26,964 bases of DNA, from assembly GCA_043228905.1 (NCBI GenBank), contig JBHGNT010000417.1, forward strand, positions 1 to 26,964, in the 5' to 3' direction. The translations under genes and the position numbers were made by a program. This document shows, piece by piece, positions 11,739 to 22,773 of this stretch (positions are counted from its first letter, which is position 1; the number at the start of each line of letters is the position of its first letter). The notes under the pieces were generated by a model. The model was not told the DNA's origin and did not search any database. It saw only the letters and a program-made list of their open reading frames with translations. Source of the stretch: Azolla caroliniana. Its lineage: Eukaryota; Plantae; Polypodiophyta.

Positions 11739-12182
11739 TGTAAAAAGAATAACGTACGGAAGCAATAGAAACCCAAACACAGAGACGCAGGTTTAATGGA
11801 GAGCTTGAATATACACAGTACGCGGAAGAGACAGAGAGAGAGAGCACATAGAACTCAATTCAAAAATAATACTCAATCTGTACATAGGATGTGCTCAGTG
11901 AGCACTTTTATACAAGTCCCTACGGACTAACAGAAGTACTGACACGTACTTCAATGCTCATAAGTGAGCTCTACACTAACTCCCAAAATATATTCCTACG
12001 CAGAATATCTTTCCAACGGCCTCGCGGTTTACGCACCGCTACGACTTCTTGTTGCATACCGATCTACGCACTAGTTTACGCACCCGGTTTACGCACCGGT
12101 CCGGCCTAACCGATTGATCCCAATCTATCCGGTTCTCGGCTTGCACAACCGATCCGGCCAATGTTGAGCTTGTATTTCAACA
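11739..12182 (-). repeat. 3' LTR of copia D (444 bp)
   Basis: TGTTGAAATAC...TTTTTACA on the minus strand; matches 17268-17316 and (inverted) 23433-23782; flanked by TSD ATTTT in element sense. Confidence 0.95.
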
Positions 12183-12196
12183 CTCCCCCTCAAGCT
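12183..12196 (-). promoter_or_regulatory. PPT of copia D
   Basis: AGCTTGAGGGGGAG, identical to the copia C PPT. Confidence 0.93.
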
Positions 12197-13530
12197 CAAC
12201 TTGAGGTTCCATCTGCTCTTCCTGATCTACGCTCCGGTTCCTTCTGGCTTCACGCCTTGCTCGCGCTCCTCGATCTGTTTGATTCCGCGCGCCTCGACCC
12301 TTATGGTCAACTTGTCTGCTCACACAGCCCTTCTCAGCTTCCTTGGTGTTGCGGTGCTGGCGCCTCTTCTGTTGCCTTCTCTTCCGCTTGGCCTTTGGTT
12401 GATTCAGCGTATCTGAATCAATCATTTGAACCGACTCGGCTTCCTCCGATCGGTTTTCGCTCTCGTCCGAGTTGGTTGTCTCCAAATCTTCTTCGGTCTT
12501 TAGGCCCCTGACAACATCCGAGCAAGTCTTAGTCTTGGCCTTATCTACCCCTGTTTCGGTTGTCCTCGGTTCCTTCTTATGCTTATGACCCTTGCTTCCG
12601 TCTTCGGCTTCTTCAGCCGGTTCGAAGTCAAATTCTCCATCCGACTCCGCATCACGGTCACTTCCGCCGTGATGCTTACCTCCGCTCCTTTCACGCTCTT
12701 GTCCCTGTTCTTCCTTTCTCCCGCTCAAGTTCGGCGTGTCGAGGTGACGCAACCCAAGCGCACCCTAGAAATGCCGTAACTTGTCGAGACCAAGAGGTTT
12801 TGTGAAGATGTCGGCAATCTGCCGATCAGTCGAAACATGCACCAATTCAACTTCACTTGAAAGGACCCGCTCGCGGACAAAATGGTAATGCACCTCAATG
12901 TGCTTGGTTTGGGCATGGAAAACGACGTTCTTCGCAAGGTGGATACTGCTAAGGTTGTCACAATGGATCGTTGTCGGATTAGACACCTCTACTTGCAGAT
13001 CCCATAATAGCCGTTTCAACCAAATGACTTCGCACGTAGCGATAGTCGCCCCTCGATATTCGGCCTCCGTGCTCGACAGTGCTACTGTCGGTTGCTTCTT
13101 GCTGCTCCATGCGATCGCCACACTTCCCAATGAGAATGCGTATCCAGATGTGGATCGATGATTGTGGGCGTTTCCGGCCCAATCAACATCCGTGTAACCG
13201 ACTAACTGTTCGGCTATGCCTGCCCGATAAAACAACGCCATGTCTTTCGTGCCGTTGACATAACGCAGTATCCGTTACACACACTGAAAGTGTTCGGCCG
13301 TAGGCTACGACATGAATTGACTGATCATGCCGACCGGGTAATTGAGGTCCGGCCGAGTGATCATCAAATAGATGAGGATTCCAACAATCTGTTGGAATTG
13401 TGTCGGGTCGCACGCCTTTCCCGAATCTTTGCGAAGCTTTACATTTCTATCCAGAGGGGTCGAGATGGGCTTACAGTTTGCCATCCCGAACTTGAAGAGC
13501 ATATTCAACGCGTAATGACGCTGGTTGATC

Positions 13531-13581
13531 AAAGGAAGAACAGGGACGAGAGCGTGAAAGGAGCGGAGGTAAGCATCACGG
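13531..13581 (+). repeat. 51-bp inverted copy of 12667-12717 (filler DNA at RT deletion)
   Basis: AAAGGAAGAACAGGGACGAGAGCGTGAAAGGAGCGGAGGTAAGCATCACGG is the reverse complement of 12667-12717 with one mismatch. Confidence 0.95.
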
Positions 13582-15520
13582 TAGTCATCTTTGTGATAGG
13601 CGTGAAGGTCTCGTCATAGTCCACGCCGTGTTTCTGCGCGTAGCCTTTCGCTACTAAACGGGCCTTGTAGCGGTTGACAGAGTCATCGATGTTGTATTTC
13701 ACCTTATACACCCATCTGCATCCAATCGCTTTACACCCTTCGGTGCGTCAACTAGGTCCCAGGTTTCATTCTTCGATAATGCGCGCATCTCTTCCTCCAT
13801 TGCGGCACGCCAGTTCGCATCTTTCACCGCTTCTGCGTAGCTCTTTGGCTCACGCACTTCCGCTACATGGGTCGTGTATGCATAGTGATGCACCATGTAC
13901 TCGTAACCAAACCGCACAACAGGGTTCTTCTAGTGGGTAGATCGGCATAATTGCTCCTTAGCCGATGTTGAGGCTTTCTTGGCCGACACGGACTTCGCTC
14001 TCGAAGACCCGTCATCACTTCCCTCGGAGTCGGACTCGCTTAGATCCGACTCGTTCCTATTAGGGTTGTAATCCGACACCTTCTTCTTCCCTTTTTCCTT
14101 GCGCGTAAGCTGTCTCCTCGGCTTCCTGCGCGGGGAATGCACGACTGAGTCTCCACTACTCGCCAGCTCTTCATCGGACTGGTCGAACCGACTCAGTTTT
14201 CAATTTGGCTCGCTTAACTGAAACGAAATCAGACTCTCTTCGCGTGTCCCAATTTCAGGCTCATCCGGAGGCATCTCGGCCTTGTTGACCTCATCGTCAA
14301 AACTCGGATTGGAGGTGAGGTCCGGAGTCGGAGGCAAGTACCAAGACGCGGACTCGTCAAACACAACGTCATAAAGGCGCGCTTGTTTGGTGCGTGGTTT
14401 ATAACACTTATAACCCTTCTGCTCGTCTGAATAGCCGACCAAGATACACTTCTCGGCTTCCGCGTCTAGCTTCCTCCGTTTCTCCTTCGGCACATGCACA
14501 TACGCAATGCTACCGAAAACTCTCAAGTGTCGCACATTCGGCTTTCTTCCGAAATACAGCTCATGCGCCAACACTTCTTCTCCGATCCGATATTGAATGT
14601 ACACCACGGTTCGTACAACCTCGGCCCAATAGAACTTGGGCAAGCTCTTCTCCTCCAGCATTGCCCATGCCACTTCCACAACCGACCGATTTTTCCTTTC
14701 GGCCACGCCATTTTGCTCCGGCGTATATCTGCAACTGAATTTGTGTCGAATTCCCATCTGTTGTAGATACCTGTTGAATTGACCGGAAAAGTACTCTTTT
14801 CCGCCATCCGACCGCAAGCACTTGATCTGTCTTCCTGTTTCCGTTTCAACGAAACTCTTGAGGTTCCAGAAACAGTCGAAGACTTCACCCTTCTTCTCAA
14901 TGAGGTAGATCCACATGTGCCGCGTATAGTCGTCGATGAAAGAGACGAAGTATCGACTCCCGCCAAGACTAACGTTCTGTGTCGGCCCCCATACATTGGA
15001 ATATATCAACTCGAGCTTGTTCCAGCTTTGGTTACGCTCGTTAGGGAACGGAAGTCAGTGTTGCTTCCATAGCTGGCAGGCTTCACAAATTTGTGCCTTC
15101 CGGCCACTAAATTTGGGCAATCCGAACACAACTTGTTTCGATTGCAGGTCCTGAAGCCGTTGATAGTTGACGTGGCCTATCCGCTTGTGCCATAAGTTGA
15201 GATCCAACTTGACTTTTTGTCCTTTCGCGAACATTGCGGTGCCACCGTCACTAGAGTCAAGGATAAACATCCTCCCGTCTCGGCGCCCTTGCGCAATAAC
15301 TCGGCCTTCTTCCTCGATGAAGCACCCGAGATGCGTGAATCGGACTTGCATCCCCTGGTCGACGATCTGCCCGACCGACACCAGATTCTTCGTGATTGTC
15401 GGGACGTGTAACACGTTCATGAGTTTCCCTTTCTATCTGACATGGCTCAGGGGAACTTCACCGACATTCGCGATTGGATGCGGAGTGTCGTCTCCGGTTG
15501 CGATTGCTCCCAGTTGCATC

Positions 15521-16095
15521 TAGCAATGGGTCCGGTTTCGGCTTAAACCGAACCGAACCGTTAAACCATGGTTTAAAGGTTTATAAGTTCCAAAATAATT
15601 AAATGGTTTGGTTTGGTTTTAATTAATAATAAACAGTTCGGTTTTAGTTCGGTTTCGTTTTGAAACTAGGGTTTATAGGTTTATAGGTTTTTGGGCTATC
15701 TTTTTTTACCCATTAAATGTTTATGTAATTTAATGGTTTAAGTAATGTTTTTCATTGGTTTAATTCACTTAACTTAATTTTTTTTATTTAATCTAATGGC
15801 TCAATTAATCTTATTTATTTATTTATTTATTTTAACATAAATGCTTATTTTATTTTGTGTATTTTTATTGAATTAATTTTTTAATTAGCTTGGGCTAAAT
15901 GTGGTTAGGTTTAAACTTTTTATTAAATGCTTCGGTTTGGTTTAAACTTTTCCCTAAACGGTTTTGGTTTAAATGGTTTAGTTTTCATTTTTTTTTAATG
16001 GTTTGGTTTAAATGTTTGAATGTTCATAAACGGTTTGGTTTGGTTTCAAGGCACTGAAACCGAACCGAATCGAAACCGAACCGGGCCCATTACTA
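15521..16095. mobile_element. hAT-type MITE (575 bp)
   Basis: TIRs TAGCAATGGGTCCGGTT / TAGTAATGGGCCCGGTT (15 of 17 match), perfect 8-bp TSD GTTGCATC (15513-15520, 16096-16103), subterminal AACCG/CGGTT repeats and an AT-rich non-coding core. Confidence 0.95.
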
Positions 16096-17255
16096 GTTGC
16101 ATCAGTTTCTCAAGGTATGAGAACCACTCCTTGTGGCACGTCATGTGGTTTGACGCGCTTGAGTCGATGTACCACACCTCGTCCAACTTCGGGGTGATCT
16201 TCTTCATCGAGTTTGCTTCGTGTTTCGTCACGAAGGCTAACCCTTTTCCGGCTTTTCCAGATCCTTCGGCGTATTGTGATTGCTGCTGATTTCCTTTGTC
16301 AGTTTGTTCGGAACCTGATCCGAACTCGGTTCTCTCCGAATCGGCGCGCTTTTTCCAGCACTCGCTCTCCTTGTGGCCTTTCTTGCCACAATACCAACAT
16401 TCCGCGACGGATTTCCGATGTCGGTTCTCGTCGCCTCAACTCCCCCTGTTTTCGGAGAGTCCGGAATTGCTGTCGGCATCACTTCGGTGCCTTCTTCCTT
16501 GATCTCGTCGGCCGCCTCCATTGCGCACCGACCCGCCTCGTCCGCCACGACCACGAGGCCTATCTCCCTCAGTGTACAACATCTTGTTGTCGGTGTGCGT
16601 GCTCGTTGACGCACCCGCGTGGTTCTCCTCTATAAGGAGCATCGACTATAGGTCGAAAAACGATGGTGTATTCTCCCGTGTACACACAACAGTTCGGAAC
16701 GTTTCGAACTTTGACGCCAATCCCCCGAGACAGATCTGCACCATCTCGCCTTCCTCGACGTTCACATCGATAGAGGCTAAGGAGTCGCATATCTCTTTGA
16801 TCTTCGAGATGTAATCAGCGACCGACAAGTCGCTTTGTTGTAGGTTGCTCAGCTCTTGTCGGAGTTGAAGCTTCCTAGCTGTAGTGCTTGCGGCGAAAAT
16901 CTTCTTCAAATTTCCCCAAGCATCTTTCAGCGTTTTTGCATCCCGAATGTAGCTTAGGAGCTGTTCGCCCACACAAGACGCGAAGCAGTACAGTACTTTG
17001 CTCGCCGATTGTTCCCACACCGGGAAATCTCTATGTGTCGATTCGGGTGCTGTGTCATTTGCTCCGTAGACATAGCTCCAGTGGCCGTGCCTGAGTAGGT
17101 ATTGGTGCATCTTGTAGGACCAAGACGCGTAGTTGTTTCTGTCGAGCTTCTCCATTGGAAGCGAACTAGCCATGCCTCTATCCATCGATTTACCTGTTCT
17201 TCTTGGTTGGTTTTCCTTTCAAGCTATGTCGGCTGCAGAGGTTCTCAACCCTCGC

Positions 17256-17267
17256 GCTCTGATACCA
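17256..17267 (-). promoter_or_regulatory. PBS (tRNA-iMet) of copia D
   Basis: TGGTATCAGAGC directly after the LTR CA. Confidence 0.96.
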
Positions 17268-17316
17268 TGTAAAAAGAATAGCGTGTAGAAGCAATACAAA
17301 CCCAAACACAAAGACG
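17268..17316 (-). repeat. U5 stub of copia D 5' LTR
   Basis: Matches 11739-11787, then similarity stops abruptly. Confidence 0.93.
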
Positions 17317-17598
17317 ACCCGGGATAAGGGTCAGAGACTAGACGGAGGCCCGAGGAGGATCCTTCACACCGGTTCTTGAGACTCCAACAGTCGGCCCAAG
17401 AGCCGGCATGAGACCTAGAGTAGCGAACGGTGTTAGTGAGGGGACGAGGGAAAAAGGACTACGGATGGGCGGTCTACGGAGATCCTCACACCGATCCGGC
17501 GGTTGGCCCGAGTGCCGGAGTGAGTCCTATAGGAGAGATCTATGGCGGCAGGTGAACGTGACCAACAGAAGAGGCCGATGAGAAGGTCGGGAAAACGG
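17317..17598 (+). mobile_element. Displaced internal fragment of element F
   Basis: Purine/GC-rich like the F sense strand; joins F at about 24902 through a shared CGAC when the inversion is reversed. Confidence 0.6.
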
Positions 17599-18313
17599 TG
17601 TCGTGAAGATTTCGGGCTGTAAGCGGAAACAAGAGGAAACACGCAGGAACACCGGTATATGTGAGTGCAAGCCTCGAGGGGAATTAAATAGGGCAAGTAC
17701 TAGGCATGAGTATAAGGAGGGGTACTAAGTAGTTAGTGCATAGACATTGCATAAGTAGGGAGAGTTACGAGGAGAGTAAATCAGGGGAGAGAATCTAGGA
17801 CAAAAGTGACGGGTCATGAATGCTTGTAACGGTCGCTCCTTGTGCTATAAAAAGGGGCGACCTTTGACTGCCTTCGGGATGCGATCTAGAAAAACGAATA
17901 CGGAGAGAACGACCGAGGCAGAATTGTGAAAGAAGGCGATTCCCCTGCTCGCGTCAGACACCCGAGTGCTCCCGACCTGGGGTTCGACCTTCTGCGCACC
18001 GACGTCTCTTTGTACCTGACTATTTGCCAAGCTCTGCGCTCCATCACCAGCTCTGATGCGGCTGTAACCACTCACAGCATCGTGCACCTGTGTTTTAATA
18101 GAACTCTTTCTACCTACCTTACTTTGTCCTCGGTGTCTTTGTCCGTATTTGTGTCTACGCGTGACTCTCTTGCGCTCTCTCGTTCGTTAGACTTACCTGC
18201 TCTCTCGTGGCCTCAAAACCTACGCGATCCCCAAACTCGCCTTCCTGATTCCTTGGTTCGAGACCCCCGTGGTCCTGCCCGACTTCTACGCATCCGTGAG
18301 GGTAACCTCGACA
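17599..18313 (+). repeat. 5' LTR of element E (715 bp)
   Basis: TGTCG...CGACA termini; TATAAAA at about 17846; first 316 bp repeated at 22774-23089 with about 11 differences. Confidence 0.92.
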
Positions 18314-18317
18314 TCTT

Positions 18318-18335
18318 TGGTGAACTCGACGTGAA
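18318..18335 (+). promoter_or_regulatory. PBS (tRNA-Trp) of element E
   Basis: TGGTGAACTCGACGTGAA, 17 of 18 to the recalled plant tRNA-Trp complement TGGTGAACCCGACGTGAA; 4-nt spacer from the LTR. Confidence 0.88.
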
Positions 18336-18359
18336 GAAGGGCGGCAAAGGAATTTGAAG

Positions 18360-20450
18360 ATGAGAGGAAGCAAACTTGCGGAAGCGATGGCGGTGGTGGT
18401 AGACCGCCTGGTTAGTGCTCGTGAGGGCACGAGTGCCCTCGACTGGGCCATAGAGGCAATAGTCGGCAAGATAGGCCGGTTCGGCGGAAAGGACGCCACG
18501 AGTTACTTAGAGGCCTACAAATCTGAAATGCAGATGAGGAACATACTTGAGGATAGATAGCTAGCGGGGTTTCCCCGGGTCGTAACACCACACATCCATA
18601 CAGAGATGGTCGAGATACAAGCGGGCTGTCATGATTGGGTGGAGTTCACAGAGGAAGTTCTCGAGAGGTACAACTATTATGATTCGCGCCGGCTATCGAG
18701 AAAGGATTTTATGGATTGGGTCAACAGCCCCGACAAGGGTCAGAATGCTTATCGAGAAAGGATTTTATGGATTCGAGTCACGGTTTGCACGACTCTCTAG
18801 GTTGGACCGAACCGTGCTTGAAACGAGCAAGGTTCTATTTTTTGTCACTTCGTTCGACTCATGCGTCCGGGAAAGCATGGGTCTTCTTCTGGAAACCAGC
18901 CGAGGCCTCACGACTGACTGGGCGACCGTGAAGAAAGTATGCAGCAGGATTGACAAACGCCGGGACTGGAAAGAAAAGGGGTCCTCGTCGGTCGGACCGG
19001 CTGTGGAAATCAGGGCCGAACCAACGCCGACCCGAATGGAAGAAACGAGGAGGTGGCTTGAGCTAGGCCCACCCCCGGTGAACATAGTTGCGGGACCTAC
19101 AGGTGGCACCGGACTAGAAGACCTCCAGATCGCCCAGGCCCGACGAAGCGACGAAGGTCAGTCGCGCGACCAGCGACCACCGGCCAATTAGAGGTGTGTA
19201 TGGTGCAACGCCACCGAACATGCCCGGAGAGAATGCGCTGACTTCGGAGAAGTGCTCAGGAGTAATATAGTCTACCTTTCAAACGGCAGGGTACATGCGA
19301 GCGACACGCAAAGATCGCTCGACACGAATTTCGGACGAGGTGGCATGAAGAGGCTAATGGAAGAAGCCGCGGCCCAGCACGTCGAGGCCGTCCACTATTC
19401 GGCTTCGGCTGGTATACGCGTAGGGGAAAAGACGACCAAACCCGATTCCAAATCTGGGTTCTGGCCGGTCGTTCTCGAGACCTTGGCTGGAGGAAGGCTG
19501 CAGAAGGAGGAAGCAGAGCACGCAGAAGAACGTGTTCCCGAAGTTACTGGGTGGAGCGACCCCATTGAAGAAATGACCGGCTTTGTGGAGGCCGCGTGCA
19601 GAAACTACGAAGCTTTGATCGACGAAAGGCGGGCCCATCGGGGAGGCAAGACACACGAAGCGCAACCAAAAAGCACGATGCCGCTCCGACCGGATCCCAT
19701 GAGAAGGAGAAGGGCAAGATTCCGAGCTTCCGCTTAAGCTCGTAGATAGAGAAAACAACGAACCTACAAAAGGTTCTAGAGGAGCGAGTTCTCGACAGTC
19801 GCATAGAACTCACGCTTAGGGAAGTGCTTGGCATAGCAAGAAGGGAGTTCCACGACAGCATCGTGGACCTCGTGAAGAGGAAGCGTCTCGCAACGGAATC
19901 GGAGCCCGAGAAGCCGGTTGAGGTAAGGGCGGCACTCCTCCATGAGATAGCCATGGAAGACGAGCTCGCGGAGAGCCACTACGCCAAACCACACTAGGTA
20001 AGAGCTACTACAGAAACCCCGGTTCGTATCGGGAATGTTAAGGAACCGGTGGTGGCGTTAATCGACCACGGGTCGGAAATTAACCTGATGTCCATGTACT
20101 TCTACAAAAAGGGGAATTGGCCGATCAATAAAAAACATGGGTGGAAGATACGCGCAACTACAAGAGTCACGAAAGAGTTTCACGGGGCTTGCCCGAATGT
20201 CAGGGTGAGCGTCGGGGACGTCGACATAAACCAACACTTTTTTGTGCAAGAGACGTCCTCTCACCCAGTCATCCTTGGGGAACCGTACATCATGGCAGCT
20301 AGAATGGAAATGAAAGTGTTGGACAATGGTTCAGCCTACACGAGGGTAAAAAGTCGGGACGGTCGTCACTCCGTTCAATTTTTGACCGTTCGGAAGAACC
20401 ACGAACGAAATCGGGACACCCTCGGAAATCATAACAAGCCAGATTTTTAA
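18360..20450 (+). pseudogene. Element E gag-protease pseudogene
   Basis: GRFGGKDATSYLEAY, Zn knuckle CVWCNATEHARREC (about 19195-19237), PR ALIDHGSEINLM and PVILGEPY; stops and frameshifts. Confidence 0.88.
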
Positions 20451-20506
20451 AAAGGGCTATCAAGGCGTGGGGCCGCGATAGTCCGGAAAACTAGGAAGCT
20501 CCCCAC
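20441..20506 (+). promoter_or_regulatory. Putative -1 ribosomal frameshift signal (slippery site plus pseudoknot)
   Basis: A_GAT_TTT_TAA, 6-nt spacer, stem GGGCTATC/GATAGTCC, loop GTGGGG complementary to CCCCAC; the pol ORF is in the -1 frame. Confidence 0.7.
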
Positions 20507-22699
20507 ACCTGTACCATAGGTAGGAAATTTTGGTTCTCCGGTGGCAGAGGTTGTACGATAACCGGCGTAGCTGGCCGGGAAAAGAGGCGGGCGGAGGAGT
20601 GACTTCGGGCATGTGGAGTCCTCAGCCCTGAAGAGGAAATCAACGGAGCCGTGGGGGCAGTCTCTTTCGACGACACCTTGGGGGAGTTACGAGAGGTGCT
20701 CGGAGAAGGCCTTAGTGAGAACCGGACGATTCCGGTATGTTCAGAAGAGATGTACGAAGTCATCGCCGACTTCGGTAATGGACTCGAGTTGAATCGGACG
20801 GCCCGAGTGGATACGAAGTACAAGATTGTGGACCAGAAGGTGAGGCCAGTCGGGGCACCCTTGCTGGAGGGCAGTGAGTTACGGATAAAAGGGGTCGCGT
20901 CAGACCCAAGTTTACGAGATCCGGCCCGCATAGGACACACGTTCACCGACATAACGCTACGAGAGCTCAAGATCGGTGGGGGTGGCTTCCTAGTGCCGGC
21001 GGAAGAAGACCGGTTTTGGAGAATGCTCGTAAGGCATGGGAAGGCCTTCGCATTCTTGCCGGAGGAGATCGGGTGCGTAGACCCGACGATCGTCGAGCCA
21101 ATGGTGATCTTCACGGTACCGCATGTGTCGTGGAATCTCAAACCGATTCCGGTGCCCAGAGCTCACATCCCGATGTTGATGGAGCTATTGAAGCAGAAGG
21201 TGGATATGGGCATCCTCGAACCGTCGAGTGCCCCATACTCGAATCGGTGGTTCACGGTGCCAAAGAAGAACGGCACGTTGCGCTTCATACAGGACCTGCA
21301 ATCGGTCAACAAGGTGACCATCTGTAACGTAGGAATCAGGTCGACCATAGACGAGTTCGCGGAGGCCTTCGCCGGAAGGTCGATCTATTCGGTCGGTGAC
21401 TTATACTTGGGGCACGACCAATTCCACCTAGCCGTAGGGAGCAGGGATATCATGACAATGCGGACTCCTCTCGGCTTGGCGCAGATGTGTACCCTACCGC
21501 AAGGAGGAACGAATTCGGTGGCGCACATGGTGAACACAATAAACAAGGTGCTGAGGGACTGCATCCCGGATATCACTATCCTGGACGGATGCCGGAGGTT
21601 CGTCGTGAACCACATCAACGATTGCGATAAGGTGTTGTAGAGGCTCGAGGACACGCGACTCACCTTCTCTGGAGAGAAATCAGCGTTCAGGCAAACGGAG
21701 ATCCTGGTAGTCGGACACCTGTGCGGGCCCTATGGCCGGAAACCGTCCCCGGCGAAGGGAGAAGCCATCTCCACGATGAAGGATGATTGTGGGTCGGTTA
21801 CAAAAGTCCGAAACATCCTGGGGGCGTGTGCCTTCTATCACATCTGGATTCCGCACTATGCACATGTCGCGGAACTGCTCTACGGGTTATTGAAGAAAGG
21901 GCGCCGGTTCGAATGGAGGATGGAGCACACGGAGTCGGTCCAGAGACTAAAGGAGGCGCTCGCCACGGCACCGGCTCTCCGGAAAGCGGTTTACAGCAAG
22001 GAAGTCCCGATTTACGTGACCGTGGACACGAGTCCGATTGGGATCGGATGGGTGATCAACCAAGAGGATGACGATGGCGCAAGGTTCCCTATCCGGTTTG
22101 GTGCGAAGGTACTAAGTGAACGACAGCGAGGATACGCCCAAGTCAAGCACGAACTGTGGGGTATCGTTTCGGCGGTTAAGGTCGACAAAGACTACTTGAT
22201 CAGGGCGGAGCTAATGTACGGACAGAAACCCATCATGCCCGTTGAGAGAACGATCGCCTCATGGACAACAATCGATTGGTCTAACGAAATGAGCAGAGAA
22301 GAGCTGCTAGTGGCACGAATCCGGCAACTCGAGCGAAGTCCGGAAGACGTGGAACGAGCCACGGCAAGGGTGAAAGAGGCACGGATCCGAAACAAAGCCT
22401 GGTTCGACCGAACACACCGACTCCGGCCAAGGAAGTTCGAGGAAGGTGATTGGGTGTTAGTCTACGACAGCAGTCTCGACAACCAGCATAGGTCTACACG
22501 TAAGTTTGCGAAGCGTTGGTTCAGACAGTACATGGTAACTAGTGTCAACGGCAACGCGACGTATCATCTCACAGAGCTCGACGGGACGCGAGTAGCGACT
22601 CTAGTGACTGGAAAGCGGATAAAAGCCTTCAAGAGACGGAACGAAGCAAAACCTAACCCGGGAGCCGAAAGCGCCAGTTCAAGAGAGGATGACGAGTAA
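20441..22699 (+). pseudogene. Element E pol (RT-RNase H-integrase C-terminus), deleted
   Basis: SSAPYSNRWFTVPKKNGTLRFIQDL, TLPQGGTNSV, VTVDTSPIGIGW, ELWGIV, ELMYGQKP, KFAKRW. The xxDD motif is absent, and RH fuses to the integrase C-terminus at about 22208. Confidence 0.93.
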
Positions 22700-22758
22700 C
22701 CGATGGCCCGGAATCCCTCACTAAATTCGCAATCCGACACATACCGGAGGATGTGCGG

Positions 22759-22773
22759 TTTAGTGGGGGTGGA
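22759..22773 (+). promoter_or_regulatory. PPT of element E
   Basis: TTTAGTGGGGGTGGA immediately before the 3' LTR TG. Confidence 0.8.

Larger units (their letters stand above)
12177..17185 (-). pseudogene. Copia D gag-pol pseudogene with charged C-terminal extension
   Basis: gag EKLDRNNYASWSYKM, PR WYIDSSASNHMT, LWHKRIGH/ICEACQ, INT PEQNGVAERKNR, RT YKARLVAKGY, RH HAQTKHIEVHYHFVRE; MITE insertion and RT deletion. Confidence 0.95.
11739..17316 (-). mobile_element. Element D: Ty1/copia LTR retrotransposon with broken 5' LTR
   Basis: 3' LTR, PPT, gag-pol, iMet PBS and a 49-bp 5' LTR stub; the rest of the 5' LTR lies inverted at 23433-24901. Confidence 0.95.

Noticed and set aside
17967-17987. 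TGCTCCCGACCTGGGGTTCGA as a tRNA-like PBS
   Set aside because: No TGG start or adjacent LTR end; the real PBS is at 18318.
5456-22699. Frequent in-frame TAG/TGA stops as possible RNA-editing or readthrough sites
   Set aside because: They fit C-to-T and G-to-A decay of methylated nuclear TEs and co-occur with frameshifts.
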